Shown here in pieces: positions 57,137 through 64,000 of a DNA stretch of 64,000 nucleotides (its first letter is position 1; each line of letters begins with the position of its first letter). A program made the position numbers and the translations under genes. The DNA comes from a virus, in IMG/VR virus record IMGVR_UViG_3300022821_000015, positions 13,973 through 77,972 of that record; one strand, 5' to 3'. The notes below the pieces were generated by a model, which made no database searches, was not told the origin of the DNA, and saw only the letters and a list, made by a program, of their open reading frames with translations.

Positions 57137-57733
57137 CTACATCCATTTTTCTACTACCTTTTCGACTTCTGCATCAGTCATATCACCAAGGTCTTTTCCA
57201 TCAGGCAATATCACCGATTCATTGCCAAGCTTGGCTAACTTACGACCAGCCTTATCACCATCACAAATCATTATTGTATGGCGTCCACAAGCCTTTAACC
57301 AAGGTAGAAGCTTCTTAGGATCGTTGCTGAGAGCCGCTACGCAGGGCAAGGAGAGGTGATGTAGCCTTGTGGCGTCAAATACCCCCTCAACTACAAATAA
57401 AACGTCTTTACGGTAGTTATAAGTCTCTAAACCCCAAACTGCTAACGGCTGCATTTTTTCACGGCGTTTCACCCACGGATATGTTGTACAATCATCAGGC
57501 GTGGATACTTCTAAACGTGAAGCTTTCGGAACATGTTTGTAATATCGGGACATTCTCGGGTCATTGTCTTGCTGTTTGTCAGCATCCCACCGATAGTTTT
57601 GATATCCAATGATTTGTCCCGATAGATTGAACAATAGAAAAGTCGCAACTTCATCATCCCACGACACATGATAGCGGTCAGGTTGAAGATGTCGGTCGCG
57701 AAGTTTTTGTTCTACTATATCCATAGTTTGCAT
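57137..57733 (-). CDS. Stand-alone TOPRIM (primase-like) protein
   Basis: GYQNYR, VEGVFDA, ICDGDKAG and KDLGD; perfect TTGACA-16-TATAAT at 57732-57759, so the start is probably MDIVEQ. Confidence 0.75.
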   Translation of the reverse strand: MQTMDIVEQKLRDRHLQPDRYHVSWDDEVATFLLFNLSGQIIGYQNYRWDADKQQDNDPRMSRYYKHVPKASRLEVSTPDDCTTYPWVKRREKMQPLAVWGLETYNYRKDVLFVVEGVFDATRLHHLSLPCVAALSNDPKKLLPWLKACGRHTIMICDGDKAGRKLAKLGNESVILPDGKDLGDMTDAEVEKVVEKWM

Positions 57734-57742
57734 TATAGCAGA

Positions 57743-57964
57743 TTATTTTATCGTGTCAATGATATTATCATATTCATCGACAAATGTTTCTCCATCCCAT
57801 TCCCAATCGGGTAGGGTATACCGATGTGATGGTTTCTCTTATGCGCAAGCTATACTGGTCCATTTAATACAATCATTTTCATCGTTTTTATTAAACTTAC
57901 AGTTACAACACCCTTTCACCGCGGGTTGTCTCAGTGCATTCCAAAAGGCTTCTTTTTCATTCAT
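57743..57964 (-). pseudogene. FW-CxxC-WxW family member with in-frame TAA (57839-57841)
   Basis: MNEKEAFWNALRQP..KGCCNC...ACA*EK...DWEWDGETF; paralogue of 58714..58920. Confidence 0.6.
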
Positions 57965-58154
57965 CGACTTTGAACTTTCCGTTCCATTCCCAATGGTCTT
58001 CGATACCATTCATACACGATGCGCAGTATGTTCTGTAAAAAATGCAATCATACGCATCCGAAAACATTTTTTCCCTAACACAATATCTACAGTCGTCCCT
58101 TGCATCTGGTGGAATAGTTAGGTTATCCCAAAACTTTTGCCTATCGTTATCCAT
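57957..58154 (-). CDS. FW-CxxC-WxW family microprotein
   Basis: MDNDRQKFWDNL...CRYC...CASC...HWEWNG. Confidence 0.7.
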   Translation of the reverse strand: MDNDRQKFWDNLTIPPDARDDCRYCVREKMFSDAYDCIFYRTYCASCMNGIEDHWEWNGKFKVDE

Positions 58155-58206
58155 CAGTTACCCTCTTCACTTTTTTCACGAAGGTTTGATACGCATAATA
58201 TTTCCT

Positions 58207-58323
58207 TTATCCACGACGATTAATCTCCATTTCTAACTCGACCTGACGTTGCTTGCTATTATATGGTGATTTCACAGCAGCAGCTAAATCTCGGTCGGTA
58301 TAATCTTTGATTCTGTGTTTCAT
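58207..58323 (-). CDS. 38-aa peptide (not in ORF track), with a frameshifted second copy at ~58564-58695
   Basis: MKHRIKDYTDRDLAAAVKSPYNSKQRQVELEMEINRRG; TTGACA-16-TATAAT at 58330-58357. Confidence 0.45.
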   Translation of the reverse strand: MKHRIKDYTDRDLAAAVKSPYNSKQRQVELEMEINRRG

Positions 58324-58340
58324 AAAAGTATTATACATTA

Positions 58341-58571
58341 TTATGCGTTTCTGTCAACCTCTTTTTTAAGCAAAACCCATTTATCGCCGAAGCTATAGTT
58401 GTTATATACACTCCGTTTACAAAATCTCAATGCAGTAACAGCACACCCGCCCATTACTAGGAAGCCATTTAAATCGGTTTCACGCATTCCGTGCGCACAG
58501 TTCCAACAACTACGCTCATACGGGGGTGGCGCTTTTAAATCATCCCAAAACTTTTGCTTATCGTTATCCAC
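58341..58571 (-). CDS. FW-CxxC family microprotein
   Basis: DNDKQKFWDDLKAPPP...CWNC. Confidence 0.6.
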   Translation of the reverse strand: MDNDKQKFWDDLKAPPPYERSCWNCAHGMRETDLNGFLVMGGCAVTALRFCKRSVYNNYSFGDKWVLLKKEVDRNA

Positions 58572-58713
58572 GACGATTAATCTCCATTTCTAACTCGACC
58601 TGACGTTGCTTGCTATTATACGCAATGAGTAAACTCCTGTTGACTCGGGTGATTTCACAGCAGCACCTAAATCTCGGCGGTATAATCTTTGATGTCGCAA
58701 TCCTGAACATGTT

Positions 58714-58920
58714 TTATGTTCGAGGACGCTGCCATTCATATCCATCGTCATATGTTTCACCATCCCATTTCCAATCCTCAAGGTTTTGTTCACAAGCCGT
58801 GTTACCCCAGTTGTTGCAATCATCCTCGTCATCTTTATTAAACACACAGTTGTAACAACCTTTTTTATTAGGTTGCGTTAACGTTTCCCAAAACTGTTGC
58901 TTATCTTTATTCATATCCAT
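58714..58920 (-). CDS. FW-CxxC-WxW family microprotein
   Basis: MNKDKQQFWETL...CYNC...WKWDG. Confidence 0.65.
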   Translation of the reverse strand: MDMNKDKQQFWETLTQPNKKGCYNCVFNKDDEDDCNNWGNTACEQNLEDWKWDGETYDDGYEWQRPRT

Positions 58921-59000
58921 CCATCCAGTTGTAACAACCTTTTTTATTAGGTTGCGTTAACGTTTCCCAAAACTGTTGCTTATCTTTATTCATATCCATC
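58847..59000. repeat. 75-bp perfect direct repeat (period 79)
   Basis: 58847-58921 is identical to 58926-59000 and duplicates the 5' half of a family gene. Confidence 0.85.
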
Positions 59001-59189
59001 TTCGTATGTTTTACCATCCCATTCCCACAAATTGTTAGGGTTGTCTCTGGGATGTTCCAAACCCATACATCCCGTCCCATCAATATCTTCACAATCAGGA
59101 CGATTACTCCACATGCAGGTATGACAGTCATAATGTACAAAAATGGGTTCACGTAGATTATCCCAGAACTTTTGCTTATCTTTATCCAT
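58986..59189 (-). CDS. FW-CxxC-WxW family microprotein (first of the array)
   Basis: MDKDKQKFWDNL...CHTC...WEWDG; TTGACA-17-TATATT at 59195-59223 ends 5 nt before the ATG (leaderless-like). Confidence 0.7.
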   Translation of the reverse strand: MDKDKQKFWDNLREPIFVHYDCHTCMWSNRPDCEDIDGTGCMGLEHPRDNPNNLWEWDGKTYEDGYE

Positions 59190-59224
59190 GCACCAATATA
59201 CCATTCATATACCAAAATGTCAAC

Positions 59225-59251
59225 AAAAAAAGACGGAGCCGAAGCCCCGCC
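59225..59251 (-). terminator. Intrinsic terminator with C(UUCG)G tetraloop
   Basis: ggcggggc-TTCG-gctccgtc followed by T7. Confidence 0.85.
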
Positions 59252-59276
59252 TTTCTCATTATTGTATTTAACTTAC

Positions 59277-59915
59277 TTAGGTAACTTGAAAGACTTTGTT
59301 GTTAATATGCCTACTAACGTTGTCAACTATTATTTTAAAGTATTTCATTTCCATCCTCGTAACATTAGGTGTTATCCACGATGCCGGGAAACATATCCAG
59401 TCAGAAGGATATACATATATAAATTCAATATCTTTATAAAGTTCGTGCAGTTTGTTTAATTGATATATCCAATAACTAGGGTCTACAGGCGTATCTTCTG
59501 AACTAGCATAGTGGTCAGTTCCCTTATATATATTGTTATTTCCATTCGGTGAGTAAATATCAAACCCAAGCATATATATTTGTGTTGGATGTGTTTGACA
59601 CGCTGCATATGTAGCATACCCGCCCGAACCCCAGTGCATTGGCTGATCCCGTCGATTGTCGCCGCTATGTGGTAAATCGGGGAAATATTTAACAAACGGA
59701 TATTTATTGAATTTCGAATACCATTCGGGTCTTGTATGAACTGACTTTCCCAACTCAACTATCTCTTCGACTACTTTTTTATCACACGCATAAAGGTGTT
59801 TTGGTGTCCAATCCCTTGCGATAACGTTACATCCGTAGGTATTATGCCCATTGAGTAACTCAAGGTTATATTTTTCACGAGTTTCGCCATTGCCTATACA
59901 AACAGTTAAAGTCAT
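59277..59915 (-). CDS. MptE/Maf/sialyltransferase-like Rossmann-fold protein
   Basis: IGNGETR, YGCN, WGSG and IYMLGFD. Confidence 0.55.
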   Translation of the reverse strand: MTLTVCIGNGETREKYNLELLNGHNTYGCNVIARDWTPKHLYACDKKVVEEIVELGKSVHTRPEWYSKFNKYPFVKYFPDLPHSGDNRRDQPMHWGSGGYATYAACQTHPTQIYMLGFDIYSPNGNNNIYKGTDHYASSEDTPVDPSYWIYQLNKLHELYKDIEFIYVYPSDWICFPASWITPNVTRMEMKYFKIIVDNVSRHINNKVFQVT

Positions 59916-59954
59916 ATGTGTATTTACGATAAATAACTAAAAGGAGTATTATAT

Positions 59955-61109
59955 ATGCCTCGTTTAAGTTTATGGCAAAATGGTAAGCACGACCACGATT
60001 ATCGCTTCATTGACCGTCAGGTTTCTGAACAATTTACCATTGGCGGAACATCTATGCTCGTGCATAAGTTATTGGGTACTGCCGATAATCAAGGCTCATC
60101 CAGTGATCCATCACAACCAGTTTCCGATGGCATTCTCGGTATTCAGGATTTATTATTCTTGGAAAATCGTGACCGCAAATACGAGACTGATGTGTATGAA
60201 CTACGTGGACATTATAATACTCAAGATAATGATTTAAGCAATGAACAATTTGGTGCATTTCTCACAAACGATAACCTTTATTTGACTTTCCATATTAATG
60301 ATATGGTTGAACGAATCGGACGTAAAATATTGCCCGGTGACGTTTTGGAATTACCGCATCTAATCGATTATTGGGATTTGAATGATGGTGTGCCTGTTGC
60401 CCTAAAAAAGTTTTATGTTGTAGATGATGCAAGCCGTGCAGGGGAAGGGTATTCGCCTACGTGGTGGCCGCATCTATGGCGTATTAAAGTAAAACCAATG
60501 ACTGATTCTCAGGAATATTCGGCTATTCTTAATCAAATTCAGGAAGGAACCGATGTAGACGGAAACGGCGATCAAACATTACGTGACCTTCTTAGTGTTT
60601 ATAATACCGAGTTGGTAAATAACGCAGCGGTTATTGCTGCTGCCGAAGCAGAAGTTCCACAATCTGGATACGACACATCACAGTTCTATGTTATGGATAG
60701 TGATAGCGAAGGCAATCCCGGTGAACCAGAAGATTATACTGATCCCAATGGCGTTCCACAATCCGCAACAACGCCGCAAGGAAATGGATGGACTGACGGT
60801 TATCTAACTGGCGACGGACTTGCGCCCAATGGTTACGCAATAACTAGTGGAACTGAGTTTTCAAGTAACCCCGTCGAAGGCGAATATTTCCTTCGCTTGG
60901 ATTACTTACCAAATCGATTATTTAGATACAGCGGATCACGATGGGTTAAGATTGAGGATACGGAAAGAACGTCAATGACACCGGGCGACGGTCTGACATT
61001 ACGTGATACTTTCGTAAATAATGATAATACAACCACAGCCGATGATAATATTGTGTTGGACGAACGAGTGGCGTTAAGCAAAGCATTAACTCCGAGCGAG
61101 GATAACTAA
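59955..61109 (+). CDS. gp14: Neck protein gp14-like
   Basis: IQDLLFLENRDRKY, FG.FL.ND, PGDVLELPH; precedes the gp15-like gene; late promoter at 59929-59935. Confidence 0.7.
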   Translation: MPRLSLWQNGKHDHDYRFIDRQVSEQFTIGGTSMLVHKLLGTADNQGSSSDPSQPVSDGILGIQDLLFLENRDRKYETDVYELRGHYNTQDNDLSNEQFGAFLTNDNLYLTFHINDMVERIGRKILPGDVLELPHLIDYWDLNDGVPVALKKFYVVDDASRAGEGYSPTWWPHLWRIKVKPMTDSQEYSAILNQIQEGTDVDGNGDQTLRDLLSVYNTELVNNAAVIAAAEAEVPQSGYDTSQFYVMDSDSEGNPGEPEDYTDPNGVPQSATTPQGNGWTDGYLTGDGLAPNGYAITSGTEFSSNPVEGEYFLRLDYLPNRLFRYSGSRWVKIEDTERTSMTPGDGLTLRDTFVNNDNTTTADDNIVLDERVALSKALTPSEDN

Positions 61110-62486
61110 GTGCAGCGATTTTTTTACGATGAACAAATAAGACGATTTTTATTACAGATAAGCCGAGTATTCAGCAACTTTCAGGTTGAATATGGCAAGG
61201 ATGATGCTGGTAATGTTCAATACAAAACTGTGCCTGTTCGTTACGGCAATGCGTCGGAAGTAGTTAACGCAATCATTCGTCGTAATAGCGAAAACACAAT
61301 GATTCCAACACCAATGATGGCATTTTATATCACTGCACTTGATTATCGTCGTGACTGGTTACAGAACCCAACACACGTTGATAAAATGCATATCCGCCAA
61401 CGTGACTTTGATGAAAATTCAGGCGAGTTCACTACAACACAGGGTAATGCATTCACTATCGAGCGTTTAATGCCAGCGCCACATACTATGACTATTAACG
61501 TAGATATATGGACAAGTAATCTGTCACAAAAACATATGCTTATTGAACAAATATCATGGATTTTTAATCCAGCATTGGAAATCCAGTCTACTGATAACTA
61601 TATTGATTGGACTTCACTAACCAGAATGGAAAGAACTGGGCTAGTGTATTCTAACAGGAATGTTCCATCAGGCACCGATGACAGCATTGATATTGCAACA
61701 TTCACATTCGAACTTCCGATTTGGATTACTCCGCCCGCAAAGCAAAAAAAGCTAGGCGTTATCAAAACCATTATTGCTTCCGTATTTGATGAATCTGGAA
61801 GCTTCAATGATGGCATCATTGACAATGATTTACTTCTTGGTAATCGTGTTAAAACAACGTGGAATAACTATAGTGTATTATTACTAAATGGCGAAGTTCA
61901 GTTGTTAGAAGACACCAACACAGTCGTAGATCAAAATGATCCATTAAGCGGCGTAACACGGGTTGGTGAAGATACAGTCACTTGGAAGGCATTTTTGGAT
62001 GCTTTTGGTGATTTCCAAAATGGCATTTCACAGTTACGCATCACTCTCGATGACGATACAGATGTGGTAGGAACAGTTAGTTTACATCCCGCCGACGACT
62101 ATAAACTTCTTTATAATGTGGATACAGACACTATCCCAACCAATAGTTTAGATGCTGTAAATAAGATTATTGATCCGCTACGAAGTGGTCCGGGTGCTGG
62201 ATTAGCTGCTGCTACAAACGGTCAACGATATTTAATCACACAGGACGTAGGTGATGCTAATAATACGGATGGTCCCGATGCTTGGGGCAGTCTTGTAGCA
62301 AGTGCAAATGATATTGTCGAATATACAGGCGGTGCATGGGCAGTATCTTTTGATGCAAGTGCTACCACCTCTACCCAGTATGTATCTAATCTCACTACAT
62401 CTATTCAATACAAATGGGATGGCACACAATGGATTTTAAGTTATCAAGGCATTCATCGTTCAGGAAACTGGTCCATCGTCATCTAA
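61110..62486 (+). CDS. gp15: Tail sheath stabiliser/terminator gp15-like with C-terminal extension
   Basis: FFYDEQIRRF, VPVRYG, PMMAF, LIEQI...FNP and WITPP. Confidence 0.75.
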   Translation: MQRFFYDEQIRRFLLQISRVFSNFQVEYGKDDAGNVQYKTVPVRYGNASEVVNAIIRRNSENTMIPTPMMAFYITALDYRRDWLQNPTHVDKMHIRQRDFDENSGEFTTTQGNAFTIERLMPAPHTMTINVDIWTSNLSQKHMLIEQISWIFNPALEIQSTDNYIDWTSLTRMERTGLVYSNRNVPSGTDDSIDIATFTFELPIWITPPAKQKKLGVIKTIIASVFDESGSFNDGIIDNDLLLGNRVKTTWNNYSVLLLNGEVQLLEDTNTVVDQNDPLSGVTRVGEDTVTWKAFLDAFGDFQNGISQLRITLDDDTDVVGTVSLHPADDYKLLYNVDTDTIPTNSLDAVNKIIDPLRSGPGAGLAAATNGQRYLITQDVGDANNTDGPDAWGSLVASANDIVEYTGGAWAVSFDASATTSTQYVSNLTTSIQYKWDGTQWILSYQGIHRSGNWSIVI

Positions 62487-62501
62487 GTAGTTAAATACAG
62501 T

Positions 62502-62921
62502 ATGAAAATAAAAAGTGCTGGTGCATTATTCTTTTGTACAAATACCCGTCGATATCTATTTTTATTACGTGACAATCATCGTCACGCCAATACTTGGTGC
62601 TTTCCCGGCGGCAAAGTTCATAAGAATGAAACCGAATTCGAAGGTGTTATGCGTGAGATTGAAGAAGAACTTGGAATGACAGTGCCTTATAAAAAGGTAT
62701 TACCTATCGAAAAGTTCACAAGCGCCGATAAGAAGTTCGAATATCAAACGTTTGTATTCATTATAATGAATGAGTTTATTCCTATTTTAAATAATGAACA
62801 TAGTGGTTATTGCTGGACAAAACTAAATGGTTGGCCAAAACCATTGCATCCCGCCTTATTTTCATCATTAAATGAACAGACTATAAAGGATAAACTTATA
62901 ACTATCGAAGATACGTTTTAA
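62502..62921 (+). CDS. NUDIX hydrolase
   Basis: Nudix box GGKVHKNETEFEGVMREIEEELG. Confidence 0.9.
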   Translation: MKIKSAGALFFCTNTRRYLFLLRDNHRHANTWCFPGGKVHKNETEFEGVMREIEEELGMTVPYKKVLPIEKFTSADKKFEYQTFVFIIMNEFIPILNNEHSGYCWTKLNGWPKPLHPALFSSLNEQTIKDKLITIEDTF

Positions 62922-62923
62922 CG

Positions 62924-64000
62924 TTATCTAACGCCCACAACTACTTCAATGATACCTTCGACGCCACCATCGAAATCTTCAAGTGCTTTGCCAATAACTG
63001 AACCCATCATCGGCTCTGCTTCAGCACGTGCTCGACCATTGCCAGCCGATACCATCATATCGCCTTTACGTATCGATCCTTGAACTTTTACGGGCACACG
63101 TCCTTGTAGTGCGACCGCCGTTACATGGTTACCTTCTAATGCACTATTCATAAGACTTGCTGGATATAACGATACAACACCAGCAATCCTACGTGAATGG
63201 TCTAGTTTTGATTGTGTTATTTCATGAGCGCCGCCAAAGTCAAGCACTGTACCTTCTTCATAGTCAGCGTCTGCTAGATAGTTTTCCGCCAAATCGGCAT
63301 ATTGTGCCGATGTTGCTGTTCCAAAGAACTGTGCTGCGTGCATATTGGTCCAAGGGTCTGCCACTGTTCCTACGTTTTGAATGGTCGAATCGGCTGCTGG
63401 TAGGATATCACCGGTTGTTACTCGAATATCACCAGCAAACGTAGCCGAACCATCAGTACCACTAAGCAATAGAACTGTGTCTGTACCTAATACTGGCGCA
63501 TTTGCATCCGCTGCGTAATCAACGACAAAGTGAAGGTTAGAACGCCCCCAACTGCCAACACTCTCAGCTACAATCTGGCTCTTAGCAGCAACAGTGTTAT
63601 TGTTATCGAACCCAATAGTCATAATGCCGCTATCGTTTGTTGTGGCATTTAATGTTAATGTGGGGTTTGTGCTGGATAGATTAACATCACCAGCACTTAG
63701 GGTTCCAGTGGTTGTGATGGCGTTGTTTTGAAGATTTAGTTCAGTTGGTGAAAGTGTCATTTCAAGGGATGCTGCGGACCCACCCTGACCACAAAGCCAA
63801 CTGAATGTTCCATCAGTTGCGGCAGCACCCCACGATAAGAACCTAGTTGTGTTAAGATTATAATCCATAACACCAGCCGATGTTTGGTTACCGGCAACGT
63901 TGCTATCTGTTCTGTAATAAGTAGCATCAATGGACCCAGTAAACGTAACATCTGAAGTTCCAGTAGCAATCGAGATAACCGTAACTGATGCGTCGTTTAG
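62924..64000 (-). CDS. Tail fibre-like protein with C-terminal autoproteolytic chaperone (peptidase G2-like); 5' end off-window
   Basis: The frame is open from 64000 to the ORF-track Met; YADLAENY...IAGVVS...VALQGRVPVKV...KGD...IGKAL. Confidence 0.75.
   Translation of the reverse strand, partial: LNDASVTVISIATGTSDVTFTGSIDATYYRTDSNVAGNQTSAGVMDYNLNTTRFLSWGAAATDGTFSWLCGQGGSAASLEMTLSPTELNLQNNAITTTGTLSAGDVNLSSTNPTLTLNATTNDSGIMTIGFDNNNTVAAKSQIVAESVGSWGRSNLHFVVDYAADANAPVLGTDTVLLLSGTDGSATFAGDIRVTTGDILPAADSTIQNVGTVADPWTNMHAAQFFGTATSAQYADLAENYLADADYEEGTVLDFGGAHEITQSKLDHSRRIAGVVSLYPASLMNSALEGNHVTAVALQGRVPVKVQGSIRKGDMMVSAGNGRARAEAEPMMGSVIGKALEDFDGGVEGIIEVVVGVR

Noticed and set aside
54749-57964. Stop-codon reassignment suggested by two in-frame stops
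   Set aside because: The stops differ (TAG and TAA), core genes are uninterrupted in the standard code, and TAG ends normal genes (e.g. 12263, 22700).
54943-59000. CRISPR array or diversity-generating retroelement
   Set aside because: The repeats are coding, irregularly spaced and of differing sequence; there is no cas or reverse transcriptase gene and no adenine-specific TR/VR pattern was evident.

Overview
A 64-kb segment of a large T4-like myovirus (Caudoviricetes) genome, AT-rich and mostly on the minus strand. No host genes, rRNA, tRNA or CRISPR were recognised. It carries replication/recombination genes (gp41 helicase, gp61-like primase, a ~194-aa miniature DnaE/PolIII-alpha core, gp62-like, UvsW, UvsX/RecA, UvsY, gp32, dNMP kinase), morphogenesis genes (TerL, gp4, tail tube, sheath, gp13/14/15, a fibre with an autocleavage domain) and a ~10-kb glycan-modification cluster. 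Main observations: (1) three genes (uvsW, uvsX/recA, terL) are each broken into two ORFs by a naturally split intein with a different free-standing endonuclease between the halves (IntN/IntC of 98/35, 15/123 and 37/112 aa). Each endonuclease has its own late promoter, and two have an RBS-burying hairpin. (2) An unannotated 45-aa ORF (22553-22690) resembles the isolated clip segment of a T4-type portal protein and is a candidate decoy or mimic. (3) About 15 copies of a small 'K-F-W-x-x-L...CxxC...W-x-W-D-G' microprotein family sit in head-to-tail, duplicating and decaying arrays behind sigma70-type promoters. All family assignments come from motif recognition by eye, without database searches.
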